From contig OX597830.1 of assembly GCA_951406725.2 (NCBI GenBank), forward strand, positions 36,642,001 through 36,706,000: DNA of 64,000 nucleotides, read 5' to 3'. Source of the stretch: Octopus vulgaris. Lineage: Eukaryota. The notes below the pieces were generated by a model. That model did not search any database. It was not told the DNA's origin and saw only the letters and a program-made list of their open reading frames with translations. Positions 25,644 to 39,130 of the stretch are shown here, piece after piece (the stretch's first letter is position 1; the number at the start of each line of letters is the position of its first letter). A program made the translations under genes and the position numbers.

Positions 25644-26420
25644 TGTACAAACATCTATGTCTGAATATATCTATCTATATATATATATATATATATAAAT
25701 ATATATGCTGTATGTTTGTAAGTATGTATGCATCTAAGTAGCTTTCGATGATGAGACGCAATTGCACAATCGTAAGGAGTTTAATAACATAGAATCTAAA
25801 ATGTGTACATGATTTATGGGTTAAGAACAAAACTTCCTTCCACGATATTAACCATTACCATTTATTACCAGAACTCTCTGACAAGTGTGTATCCCAATGT
25901 TTGACCTCTTAAATATACATTTCTTTCACAAAGTCGCTCGCTCCTCCAAAGAGCACACTAGATATGTCATAACCTCCCACACTACGCAGAACTTATCAGG
26001 ATAGAAAAGGTATTAATAACAGTTATAGCAATTGATTAGTAAGCAGATAATCTGTTAAGCCCGCTGAAGTAAAAAGACCACGCTAATTTATCATACTTAT
26101 TCCGAACAAAGGGAAAACGCATAATTTGCATGAAATGTGATGTTACATAATTCAAATGCGTTCCAACTTTAAAGCAGTTGAAATTATTCATAGGGATATC
26201 ATAAAATGACTAAATGCATTAACACCAACCAGCAAATGAAATAGTTATATAATTTATCGCGGGAGTGGCTGTGTGTGGTAAGTAGCTTGCTAACCAGCCA
26301 CATGGTTCCGTGTTCAGTCCTACTGCGTGGCACCTTGGGCAAGTGTCTTCTACTATAGCCACGGGCCGACCAAAGCCTTGTGAGTGGATTTGGTAGACGG
26401 AAACTGAAAGAAGCCCGCCG

Positions 26421-26453
<33 letters not shown>

Positions 26454-26724
26454 CACCGCGATCACCGTGACCGACCAGGCTATCAGATGTTGCTACACAT
26501 CGCTGGTCAGAATGCGCTTCGCATTGTTTTAACCTTCAAATGACGCCACCCTGCTGGCTAAGCGAGCAGGCTAACAGAAGAAAAAGTGAGAGAAAGTTGT
26601 GGTGAAAGAGTACAGCAGGATCGCCACCACCCCCTGCCGGAGCCTCGTGGAGCTTTAGATGTTTTCGCTCGGTCTGGGAATCAAAACCGCGAGTCCGCTG
26701 TCCTAACCACTGGGTCATTGCGCC

Positions 26725-26828
<104 letters not shown>

Positions 26829-27177
26829 TCCTCCCAACATCACTTGACATCGATGCTGGTGTGTTTGCGTTGCCGTAACTTAGCAGTTCGGCAAAATAGA
26901 CTAATACAATAAGGGGTCGATTTACTCGACTAAAAGCGGTGCTCCAGCATCAAAACGTCTCCTACTCTCAATACCAACATGTTAGCTGAATAGTTTAATC
27001 ACACCTAATCAGCTTCATGCAACGTAAAAATTACGAAGAAATTCCTTACTCTCGATAAAATTAAATTTTTTACGTGGCTGTGTGGTAAGTAGCTTGCTTA
27101 CCAACCACATGGTTCAGGGTTCAGTCCTATTGCGTGGCACCTTGAGCAAGTGTCTTCTACTATAGCCTCGGGCCGAC

Positions 27178-27822
27178 CTGCTCAGAGGCCTATGCAAAGT
27201 TGCAGAAAGTGTATGTAGAGGAGTGTATGAGCCGCACACAAATGTATGAATGGTTCAGACGTTTCCAAGATGGCTGAAAATATGTCGATATTGACGAACG
27301 TTCTAGGAGACTCGCAACCGGCAGAACTGAGAAAAACAACGCAGATGTGCCTGCAGCTGTGAGGGGAAATCGTCGAATCACCATCCGTGAGTTATCAGAG
27401 GATGTGCAGATTATTTAAGGTTCAGTCCACTGAAGATTTGGGCATGAAAGTTGCCAAGTTTGTGCCAAAACTGCTTTCAGTTGGCCAAGAAGGCACTCGG
27501 GTTTCAGTTGCACAAGATCCCATTGATTGTGTCGAGAACGATGAAACCTTTTTGAAAACTTTGCGTAGGTCTCTGAGCAGTTATCACCAAAGCTTTTGGC
27601 AAAATTTGATGCAGATCATCTGCTAAGCTTTCTCTGTCATGGTCAATGCAAAAATCACACGCTACACAGCTTCCTTCCAAGCACTGTTGAAAACGGTGGA
27701 AGTTAAAACTTAGTGCGCATGCACAGCAGAATTTAAGGTCAATATGTACCGAGCGGCTTCACTCTACGTTCTTTAACTTCGTTACTACGGCAACAGTCTG
27801 GATACTTATTGATCAGGTCACG
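27178..27822 (+). mobile_element. Mariner remnant: N-terminal HTH region plus inverted 5' arm
   Basis: MSRTQMYEWFRRFQDG*...RRITIRELSE...AKFVPKLL. 27558-27822 is an inverted copy of the element's 5' end (ICIKFCQKL) ending in a TIR-like terminus with TA. Confidence 0.8.
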
Positions 27823-28829
27823 TATGTCGATTCCATCATGGTTTCTAAAAATGATATGTGTGATTTTTTTTATCTTCTCCATATACCCTGAGATGTACGT
27901 GGAGATTCATAAACTGTGTAACAACTTTGTGCTATCGCCAAAAATTCCCTTTCAAAACAACTACATTCTGTTCATTTGTCAGCCTAAAGTTTGGTCATTG
28001 TTTTCTTATTTGACTAGACGTTATTTTTCCAACCTACTCCACAAGAACTACTTTAAACTTTTCTTAATGTCATGCCAGTTAACAAAAAAGTAAAAGTTAT
28101 ATAGATTTGTATACTGCCAAAAAATATGGAGCGCATTCCGCTCACTATTTAGGAAATATCAAACTATCTTCAACTTCAAAGAAGAACCAAAAACAAATTT
28201 CCTCTACATTGATTGAAAGTAATTCACAAAGCGAGAAGTAATGAATTAAAAAAAAAAAAGACTTCTTGAAAAATTGTTCAGCAGTCGGAAACTACTCATA
28301 GAATAACAAAAGAATCTGGCTGCACATCTATATTTGCTTTGTGGAATTGTCCTCTTTGGCGTTGTCAAATTATCATTATCATCATTCTCACCATTGCTAT
28401 ATGTATGTATACGCCGGCATGTATACAAAGTGGACAAAACAGGATTTTTGCGATTGTGACATTATAAGCGTGCTTCTTCTTCTTCTTCTTCTTCTTCTTC
28501 TTCTTCTTCTTCTTCTTCTTCTTCTTCTTCTTCTTCTTCTTCTTCTTCTTCTTCTTCTCCTACTCCTCCTTGATGCGGTTGTTACTGTTGTTATTATTTT
28601 TATCACTAAAAGCGGCGAGTAGGCAGAATTGTTAGAGCGTCAGAGTAAATTCTTTGCAGTACTTCTTTCGACACTACGTTCTGAGTTCAAATTCTGCTGA
28701 GGTTGACTCGGTCTTGCATAATTTTAGCGTCGATCCTAGTTGAGCACTCGAGTCGATATAGTCGACATCTCCCTTCCAACAAAATTTCAGGCCTTGTACA
28801 TATAGTAGAAAGGATTGTTATTATCATTA

Positions 28830-29285
28830 TTATTGCCTTTGCACAGCTTCTAACGCTGGATATGTCAGCTGTTCACTACCAGTGAACTAAGGTAACACTC
28901 TTTATTTTTCGAGCACCTTCCGGAGTATTCGAGCGGTTCCAAGCAGTGCTGTTTTCTGCAAGTGCTCCATCCTCATTACAGCCTCTATCTGTTCCATGTA
29001 CTTCTCAAGATTTTTACTCACTGTTCCCGGGGCTTCAACAGTTATTGGAACGACTACTATCTTTTTTCAGTGAGCACAACAGGCTAACCTCCCAAGCTAA
29101 TCTGTCATATTTATTATTATTATTATTTCATGAAATCTCTCAGCTTATTTTGTCGGGTATGAGGGAAAGTGTCAGCTGTCCACAGCCAGTAGACTAAGGT
29201 GACATTTGTTTACTGATCATGCTTCAAGAACCCTGCGGAGAACTCTTGCAGTTCCAAGCAATGCTGATTTTTGTAGGTGTTTTAT
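28830..29285 (-). mobile_element. Two stacked R4/Dong-like 3' ends
   Basis: EHLQKTALLGTARILRKVLEK* (28830-29110) and HLQKSALLGTARVLRRVLEA* (29128-29285), each followed by (AAT)n. Confidence 0.82.
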
Positions 29286-29289
29286 CAAA

Positions 29290-29440
29290 TTTATCAAATT
29301 AAGACAATCAGAAGCGGTACCTACCCAAAGATGACAGCAACGTTCAATGCGCGGTCGAATGGTGACCTTATAGAGATAAAAAATACTCTCAGGCGTAACA
29401 GAGACTCTGCATTTCAACGGAAAATGGTAACAGGATCCCT
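29290..29440 (-). mobile_element. CR1/L2-like LINE fragment
   Basis: YLYKVTIRPRIERCCHLWVG resembles LY...IRP.LEYC..W. Confidence 0.65.
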
Positions 29441-30104
29441 TTCAGGGGCAGTGTTATCATCTTAGTCGTTTATACGCTTTAGAAGCTGAGTTAAGATCCG
29501 GCCTACGACGTATGACAGATCGAAGCCTAAGCGGTAATAAACTTCTTCCACGAGCATACGAAGAATCTATATGCAGTTTAAGACCTATTAAAAATTACAG
29601 CTGGACATCTTTTAAAACATTATATTGGCTTTACGAAAAAAAAAAAGACGTCCCATTACAGCAGCCCCCACCATTACCACCACTACCAATTAAACATGAA
29701 TAAAGAAAATTTCACGAAATAATCACAAGTTTGCTTGATCCGGACTGACTTAAGACTAAGAAGGACAAAAACAAGACGAAAAACAATTTCTTGAAGCAAA
29801 AAATAAAATTTTCAAAAGAATTCTATTATGAAACAATCTACCGAAAATGCAATATTGTGATTAAAAATCGGAAGAAATAACTACTTATTTGATTAATATT
29901 ATCAAATATGAAATTTATTTATACCGCAACATTTTCATTTGATATCTGCTTAATGAAAAATCTAATAAATTTATCAAATATGTGTCAGACTGTCTGAGCT
30001 TTGTTCGTTTGATTATCATTCTATATTTATGAGCCGTATTTTGTCTACGAAGAAATGCATCTGTTACTGGTTATCAACCACACACACATACACACAAACA
30101 TATA

Positions 30105-30155
<51 letters not shown>

Positions 30156-30172
30156 GTATGTGTATATTTATG

Positions 30173-30214
<42 letters not shown>

Positions 30215-30278
30215 TATACATATATATACATATATATACATATATATATATACATGTATATATATATATATATTTATG

Positions 30279-30316
<38 letters not shown>

Positions 30317-30332
30317 TATATTTATGTATGTG

Positions 30333-30375
<43 letters not shown>

Positions 30376-30416
30376 ATACATATATATATATATATATACA
30401 TACATATACATGTATA

Positions 30417-30459
<43 letters not shown>

Positions 30460-30568
30460 GAACACACACAGGCATATATGTTTGTTGTTTATACACCTGT
30501 CTTCGTCTTTTGTTTTTCTGTAAATCTTAACTATATATATATATTTACATTTACATATACGTATATGT

Positions 30569-30612
<44 letters not shown>

Positions 30613-31235
30613 CTATATATATATGTATATATATACACATATATATATAACATTCAATATATACACATATGTGTGTATATATATGTTTCTACGTATGTCT
30701 ATTTATTTATCTATCCATAGATCAATACTCGCATGCACACAAACACAAACACACACACACATATTGGTAGATAGCTACAGAAAGAAATAAAGATAGATAT
30801 AGATATAAATATATTTGCATATACATCAACAGATATAGTTATATGTACAAATACACTCACAGATATATTAGTTTACAAAATTACAAATTTTTGTCATTCA
30901 TCATTGAATGATTCAGAACTTGATGAGAAAACTTTGTAATAAATGTATAACATATTTTAAAGGAAGATTAAAGGAAAAGACGGAAGAGAAAGAATGAAAA
31001 GGAGTGAAAACGTAGAAATTTGTGGAATTTGTCGAATAAATTTTGAAACCGCGACTATTTATGTAAATGACGGTCCAGCGATAGTTGGGTTTATATTTGC
31101 TGGAAGAGAATAATGTTTGAAAATAAGGCCGTTGAATTATACAATTAGCTGAAGAGCAGAAAGAAATATACATAAACCATATATATATAAAGTAAATAAA
31201 TGGAGTTGAACGCAGGTGTTATTCAAATTCTTTTA

Positions 31236-31321
31236 CTTTCGACATATGTTTCGAAGACAACACTGGTTTTATTCCAAAGGAATACACGGTGTAAAATAAT
31301 GTAATCTTCTCATCAGGAAAG
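31236..31321 (-). ncRNA. Type I hammerhead ribozyme motif in a PLE pseudo-LTR
   Basis: ctttc-CTGATGA-gaaga...tcttc-GAAA-catat-GTC-gaaag. Catalytic core intact. Confidence 0.85.
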
Positions 31322-31602
31322 AACGGGAACCCATCTCAACAACAAGACATTATAACAGTTTTGATGACTGCATAAATGATAAACAGAACGCTATTAAGTA
31401 TTTTTGAAGTAACCGTTAGTAGATCTGACGTCAAAGGCAGACCCTAGGAAGAGAAGGGGTAAAGAAATAATAAGTAGACAACAAATAAAGGAGAAATATA
31501 GAGGGATATATTGGTTGAAAAATGTTCAAAGACTTGGAAGTAGATTACTCTATTGAAGTAAAGTGTACGGTGAACTAAATGTTCAAACTATACAGACTGG
31601 TG

Positions 31603-31658
<56 letters not shown>

Positions 31659-31925
31659 TAGTATATTCTGTTAAGAACGAAGCAGAGTTCAGTATAAAGC
31701 TCATCCACCCCCAGATTAATTATGTGCTGTCCAGTAGTTGTATTATACGTACTTCCAGGTTTGCGAGGAAACACAACGAGATCTCATAATGCAGGGAAGC
31801 GGTTGCATAATCACACCACCATGCCTGGAAGCGGTTGCATAATCACACCACCATGCTGCGTGGGAACTATTGTAGTGATTGAAAAATAAATTTCCAACCT
31901 TACTCTTTGTTGCTGACTCCAATTT

Positions 31926-31999
<74 letters not shown>

Positions 32000-32010
<11 letters not shown>

Positions 32011-32380
32011 TGAGAATGTGTGTTTGTCTGTTTGTCTGTGTGTTTCCCTAAAACTTGAGAACTACACAACCAATTTCGTTCAAATTTTACACATGCCTTA
32101 CTTAGGGTCCATGTAGTTTGATGGGCCAAAAAAAATGTCCAACTTCTTACCTAGAGCGAGCCCATAGCAATATCATTTCTTCTCCACTATTTCAGTATTA
32201 CGTGTTAAAAGTGAAACAAAAACATTTCTCTATTTTATGTTAGATGCTTTCACTTTAACAATAAAAATAATAACAATTGAATTATATGTAGTAAGTAATA
32301 ATTGAAATCAAACTAAGGTATAATATTATCATAACATAACAAAAGTAAAAATAGCAATTGGTATAAAATTGCATCAATGA
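32000..32380 (+). mobile_element. Helitron/DINE-like 5' fragment
   Basis: tatataaaactgagaatgtgtgtttgtctgt...caaccaatttcgttcaaattttacac, typical of the 5' part of such elements. No 3' CTAG seen. Confidence 0.55.
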
Positions 32381-33340
32381 TTTTTTGTGTTAGGATAGGT
32401 TTTTCAAACACAAAAATTTTCTTGCAAATTATCTCTTCTCATAATAACAAACTGTTAAATATTAATACATTTACTAATACTAACATTAATTTAGCTAATA
32501 CCATCCAACTCTCTAGAAATATTAATAACAAGGTTATTGTATCTGAAGTCAATTCCAATAGAATTAAGTTTATGTCAAGTAACTCTAAGATTAAAAATTC
32601 TATATACCAGTGTATAATCAGTACTCGTAATAAAGTACGATTTTACATTGGAAGCACATCGTTAGAGTTATCTAAAAGAATTTCTATTCATTACTCAACA
32701 TTTAGGGATAGAAATAAACGGAATAATACCGGTCTCAGCAAACTGATTTGGGATTTAAAAGACCACAATGAACAATTTCATTTAGAATGGTTGATTCTCT
32801 CAATTTCGATACCATATGACAAAGGCAAGAAATTCTGTCTTCTCTGCAATTCTGAGCTATTTTTCATTATTTTTTCTAAAAATACTCTAGTAAACACGGT
32901 TATAGAGCGAGCATACAGATGTAAGCATTGGCAAAAACATACATTTAGTGCATATAAGTAGTCTCTATCATTATATATAATTTAAACTTTAATTTCCTTT
33001 ATATTTAACATTCACTATTAATATCCCTACTCTTTCTGTTAGCTACTTATGACGTTATGTCATATAACGTTTTTTTAAACAATATTAATAGCGTTCTGTC
33101 AATCGCTATACAAATCCATAATTTTTTGCTAAAATGTCTTATTGACGAGTTTCGTTTTTTTCACTTTCCTGAGGAGAAAATTGCATTGTTTATACCATTT
33201 ATTCTTTTTAATAGTATCAGTGGAATTTTCGAAACATGTGTCGAAAGTAAAAATATTTGATTACACCTGCGTTAAACTCCATTTATTTATTCATATATTA
33301 TTCAAAATATTCAACGTAAACACGAAGTTTCTACCTTTAT
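32377..33340 (+). mobile_element. Penelope-like element 3' end: GIY-YIG endonuclease ORF plus pseudo-LTR
   Basis: SIYQCII...FYIGST...KRISIH...GLSKLIWDLK...LEW.IL...CLLCNSE...RCKH, stop at 32961. Hammerhead motif about 200 nt downstream. Confidence 0.88.
33163..33248 (+). ncRNA. Type I hammerhead ribozyme motif
   Basis: actttc-CTGAGGA-gaaaatt...aattttc-GAAA-catgt-GTC-gaaagt. Confidence 0.85.
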
Positions 33341-33443
33341 AAATAAGGAGTTACAACATCTTTACTTGTGAGATTTTTGGTGCCCTGGTAACTATTTATT
33401 TATTTTTTCCGTGTTAATTGTTAACAAAGTAAAAATATACTCA

Positions 33444-33558
<115 letters not shown>

Positions 33559-33751
33559 GTATGTATTTATATATATATTTATAGTTATCACCAAGCTAAC
33601 ATGGCAGTCCAGGAAAATAGGACGAATGCTGCCGTTGATTATCTCCAAGAGGCCATCGCCTGTAGCTAGCTATGTGACACACAAACCTGTGTCCATTATA
33701 ATCTTCGAACAGGGGAGGTCAGCAGCTTCCCTTTGCTGGTTCGACACCCAC

Positions 33752-33803
<52 letters not shown>

Positions 33804-33809
33804 AGTAGT

Positions 33810-33840
<31 letters not shown>

Positions 33841-33853
33841 ATATATATAGTAG

Positions 33854-33898
<45 letters not shown>

Positions 33899-34674
33899 GA
33901 GAGAGAGAGAGAGAAGAAAATGAATTGATTTTGAAGAGAAATATATATACAGAAAGTTACAGAACCCTGTATCAATTCTCTGTAGCTTAACGTTCGAACA
34001 GTAAAAGCGTTTTGACAGTGAAAAGAGCCTGATTAAAAGTAGAAGTTACAGAATATACTATTGTGTTTGGGGAGAGTCATTTCCTTTTTTTACCTTTAAT
34101 TTAACAGAATAATTTATAGAATATAGTATTTTTATAGCAGACTGTGGTACTGTAAAATTTTGAGGTAAAACACGATTATACTAAGTTGGTGAGACTCACG
34201 TAGTTAATCGAGGAAATATTACTAAATTAGTTAAGTCTGCTATAGAGGAAATGTTGTGAAAGTAGATTAGTAGAAAGATGTAAAATAATATTAATCATTT
34301 AACATAGGAGGCTAAAAGAGGTCTGATTGTATCGTGAAAGTATGAAGTGAGAATATAGATAACCATGTTGCGTATTGTGACGACAACGAATGAGGTTAAG
34401 TAAATATATAGTTGTTTACCTTAAGTTAACGAAAATCTTTTAATTAGAAGATGAAAGCGAAAGATACGGACCTTGAAAATGTAATTGTTTGAAAAATGCA
34501 AAAAAAAAAAAAGAGATAAACAACAATAAAAAAACAAACAAACAAATAAAGCAAAAAGCTTTTGAAAAGTTAATAACAGTGGAAGCATGACTGATAACTG
34601 ATATAACCATATTGTAAATAAAGAGCAATCGCTAAAATGAAGTGTATATCATACACACACGCATACATGCACAC

Positions 34675-34726
<52 letters not shown>

Positions 34727-34769
34727 GCACACACACACACGCACACACACACAAACACACACACATGTA

Positions 34770-35860
34770 CATCTGTCTGTGTTCGGACTGTTTATGCACC
34801 GGGACCACCCGGACTCCTGGCTTCGCCGTGAACGGGAATTAATCTTCTCCATTCTTTTGCTCCTTATGGCCTTAATTCGCAACCTCTCTTCATTTAACAC
34901 CAGCCACTACACCTCCCACCTAAAACTGCCTCGCCCTTCTACCGCCATGCCTGTACACCGCCTAACTCAGTACCATCACCACACACACACTATGATACAA
35001 ACATCCATACACACTGTTCAACTCAGTACCCATACCACACACCATTATACACACTCCCAACACATGCACACGCATCTTCTCACTCCACACGGATTAGTAC
35101 CCAATACCTCCAAACCCCTAACTCTATCCCACCACGCATCTCTATGCACCCCCCCACAACACACGGTATTCACTCCAAAAAGCAAACACAGTGCACATGC
35201 GCACAACACACCTAAAAACAGACAATATACATACGTATACAACACGCATTTACAAATATAACTTTCGCACATAAATACGCACAATACACACGCACACTAT
35301 AGGGTCACACACATACACTCCGTGTACTAACACACACACTCACTCGATATCCTCACACATACAATGCACAGCCTCACACATATATACACACGTCCATACG
35401 CACATGTACATACACACACATACGCGAAACACATATCACTCCACAAAATGCACGCACTAGGTTACTTATACACATATACTTATACGCTCCTATACGCACG
35501 CCAGGCCCACATAACTTTACGCTCGCCCCCACTCACACATACACACTCACACACACCATTCTCACACAGACGCAGCGCTTGCATACCCTACATTAGCCGG
35601 GTCACCGTTATTATCTCCCTTTCATTCAGTATCATTTTTCCAGTCATTTCATCATTTTGAACCGTCAATACCAACACATCTTTTCCTTTCCCTCCGTATT
35701 TTTTCATTCTCTCTATTTTTTCCCTTTCACAGTCCTTTCTGTCAAAGAACGTGGGATCGAAACGTCAAAGACTTTTCTCTTCCCGATCGTCAAACTAATA
35801 CACCTGTTTGTCGTTACCTCACCTTTCTTCGTCTTTTGTTTTCTGTAAATTTGAACTATA
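34770..35860 (+). mobile_element. Penelope-like element 3' end (second family): CA-rich UTR and pseudo-LTR
   Basis: [19 protein letters not shown] matches the PLE GIY-YIG terminal RE..I..L....P.GLN. Degenerate hammerhead motif at 35732-35772. Tail ttcgtcttttgttttctgtaaatttgaac. Confidence 0.75.
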
Positions 35861-36127
35861 TATACTATATATATAAATATTATATATATATATATACATA
35901 TACACACACACTCATGCGTGTGTCTTTGTATTTTCTCCATTTCACCACTTGTCAACCAATGTTAGTTTGTTTATGTCCCCGTAACTTAGCGGCCTGGCAA
36001 AAGGAGTCAAGAGAGTAAGTACGAGGTTTAAAACTAAGTACTGAGGTCGATTTGTTGGACTAAACTCTTCCAAGCGGCGCCCCAGGAATAAATTTCTGGC
36101 AGAGTGAATAAATTATGGTCTAAATTA

Positions 36128-36900
36128 CTCAGAAATGAATATAACACTGACAGCTCATTTTAACAGATCTATTTACCAAAATTACATAAAAATATCTTGA
36201 AATACTAAGAGTAAATTTATTCAATAAAATCGCCATTGGTTTCAACCACGGCTTCCAGACGACTTCGGAATCTCGTGCAACTCTTCTGGGTGGCCTCCTT
36301 AAGTTGATGAATACTGCCATAATCCTTACCTTTAGTTCATCTTTGGTGTTACAAGAAATTTTGTTGTTCTCTCACTCAACTGTGCCCCACACATAATAAT
36401 CAAGGTGGTTGTAGTCTGGGGAGTAAGGTGGCCAGGTGATGTGGTCGCTGAAATTGTCTGACAGCCCCGACTGGGTTCTACTGCTTGTGTGGTATGGGGC
36501 AGAGTCTTGATGCCAGACACGGGATCTTTCAGCAGCCACCCTCTTGACCCAGGGCAGCACTACCTCTTCCAGGCTCTTGATGTAAACTTCCGTGTTGAGT
36601 GTTAGGCCGTGTGCGAAGATTAATGGAGGCATAACGTCGCCATCACTAGTGATCACTCCAAACACCATGATGCTGACGAGATGTTTGATTTTTATTGCTC
36701 TCGGTACATGTTTTGGAGACGCGGTAAACACTCAGACTGACACCCGAACACTCTGAAATGTTGGAACTTCCGCACGAATGGCAAGCAGTACAGCATGTCA
36801 TTTTCAAATTTCTAGCAGAGTAAATTGCATCATGGTGCTGTTTTTCTCACAGACGGTGCCCAACTGATCCTACTATACTGTGTAGTCGACCAAATCAAAA
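36128..36900 (-). mobile_element. Tc1/mariner (maT-like) transposase remnant
   Basis: IMVFGVITSDGDVMPP...HQDSAPYH...WPPYSPDYNHLDYYVWG. Confidence 0.88.
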
Positions 36901-37373
36901 ACAAACAATGCACACCCAACTCTTTCCCAATCCTCTGCATAGTCCTGAGATTGACACCCAAACACTCTGAAATGTATTTTAATGTAATTTTGTTAAAGAT
37001 ATATGTTAAAATGTGATGTCTGTGTTATTTTCATTTTTGCGCAACTTAGACGACAATTTATTCACCGCACACTGTATATAGCCATTAAATGTACACATGC
37101 ACTTGAGTAGATACACACACAGAGGCACAAATGCACACATACACAAACGTATGGATATTAATATTGACGTATATGATGATTGATTCGTATTGTCATACAA
37201 TGGCTATTTCATTATCTATTTTCCAGTCTCTACAACAAAGATTGAAGACAAAACGGCGAGACATCAATATGTCATTACCTTATAGTGACATATGGAAGTA
37301 CGACTTGTACGTCACTAATTTTCTATAAGTAATATTGCTCTGAATGAGAAGTTTTGCAATGTTTTATAACTTA

Positions 37374-37768
37374 CTAGCAGTATCGCCCGGCGTTGCTCGG
37401 GTTTGTAAGGGAAATAACTATAAAGCATTTTTAGAGAGTTATAGCCAAAAAATAGCAAAAAATGCATTAAAAAATGAAAAAAAAAATTATGGTAATTTTT
37501 TTTAAAAATCGTTGACTCATCGTAGACATTTTTAGAGAGTTACTTCCCTTATATTTAAAAAATATACATTAAAATGGAAAAAAATGATGGTAAATTATTT
37601 TTAAAATCGTAGACTCATCGTAGACGCGCGCTAATACCCAGAAGGGCTCGATATGAATCACGACTATAAGATACCCGGTTTTGGTTAAACTGCACCGCAA
37701 AATGTGGGAGTAGTTAGGAATCTAAATCGAAGTAGACAGACACACAACCTTTCTTTTATATATAAAGA
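37374..37768 (-). mobile_element. Non-autonomous Helitron
   Basis: 5' TCTTTATATATAAAA, 3' hairpin cccgagcaacgccggg then CTAG. Inserted between A and T. Confidence 0.88.
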
Positions 37769-37809
37769 TTTGCCTCCTTCGTCAAGCTACAACAGAAGCA
37801 GCCGAGCAT

Positions 37810-38005
37810 TCAATGTAAAGGCCACCGTGTTGCACCGTCTGAAGCCATCTTTTTGCCAGTTCTTTGATCCCACGCTGATTCCAATTCTTGTCCCTCGAGG
37901 CGAAGAACACCTTCAGTGAAGCTTCCATCTTCTCTTGGTTGATGAAGCGCAGGAAGTGAGCCATCGATCGGAACATGAATAATCCGAGGAGCTAAGCCCT
38001 GGAGA
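37810..38005 (-). mobile_element. Mariner transposase C-terminal fragment
   Basis: SPGLSSSDY..FRSM...FFASRDKNWNQRGIKELAKRWLQTVQHGGLYIE. Confidence 0.85.
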
Positions 38006-38009
38006 GTTT

Positions 38010-38555
38010 CGAGGAGGGAGAGGAAGTGTGAATTAAATCCGGGTACGGAAGGAAGCTGAGGAATTTCTTCCGCATGGGGGAGAAATTACTTTCGGGTAGG
38101 GAAGGAAGGAGAGGAACTACTTCCGGGTAGGGGAGGAAGGGAAGGGAAAGAATTACTTCTGGGTAGAAGAGGAACTACCCGGAAATAATTCCTCCCCTTC
38201 CTTCCCTACCAGGAAGTAATTCCCCTCCTTTCTCCCTCACCCGGAACTAATTTCTCTCCTTCCTCTCGTATCTGGAAATAATTCCTCCTCTACCTGGAAT
38301 TAATTCCACCCCTTCCTCCCGCTCCTCGGAACTTTCCAGGAAATTGCCGATTCCCCCTCCATGTACTTTTCCAGGAAGTCCTTCTTCTACTTCCTCCCCT
38401 TCTTCTCCCTTCTTCTCCCCCTCCTTCCCCTCCCCCATACTCATTTTCATCCCCTGTTCCTCATCCTTTTTCCTCCCCTTCCCCCAAGCTCCCTTCCTAG
38501 TAATTTTCCAGGAAGTACCCTGCCTCGGACTTTTCCAGGAATTCCTTCCTCTACT
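38010..38555. repeat. Purine-rich TTCCNGGAA-type minisatellite with central strand inversion
   Basis: G-rich units up to about 38175, then C-rich reverse units. Confidence 0.8.
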
Positions 38556-38589
38556 TAGAGAGAGAAAAAGTGATGGCCAGTTTAGATAT

Positions 38590-39130
38590 AGCTGGTAATT
38601 CCCTGTCCTTAAATCCACCCAACTTTTATATCATTAGCATAGAATAAAGTAAAAGCATTTATATTCTTTCCCTAAATAGAAAATATTTCCCTGAATCTTG
38701 TATTATAAACTCTCCAATACGTTAAATGGTAAGGTTAACTATAATTGTCTTATGTAGCCAAATACAACCAAAGTTATAAAAATAGTAAAACCTCACTTCA
38801 ATGGTCAGAATGCAATACCGGAGCAAAACCACACCCTGCTCACTGAATGGGAAGTACATTACATAGCTACCTGTGTACTGAACAAATATGAAATATTCAA
38901 ATGGTAGCGAAAATAATACATTGGACTACATAGGAGCACATTTAAAATCAGATATATGCAGCACACTCATTCTTTTGTATCTAGAAAAAAGCATTCTACT
39001 ATTCTATCGAAATACGCCAAGAAACTGATGGTTAAGTAGAGTTATCAACATCCCTCTAAGTTAAAGTATCGCTGAAACTGCACTCCATATTCCAATAGAG
39101 CAAACAATCAATTTATGTTAAGTAAAAAAA
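38590..39130 (+). mobile_element. Decayed Penelope-like GIY-YIG fragment
   Basis: RSKTTPCSLNGK...YIGLHRSTFKIRYMQHTHSF...HSTILSKY, with stops. Confidence 0.75.

Noticed and set aside
33580-33755. HDV-like ribozyme in the GC-richer island between (TA)n tracts
   Set aside because: Hairpins are present, but I could not build the nested P1/P2/P3 pseudoknot.
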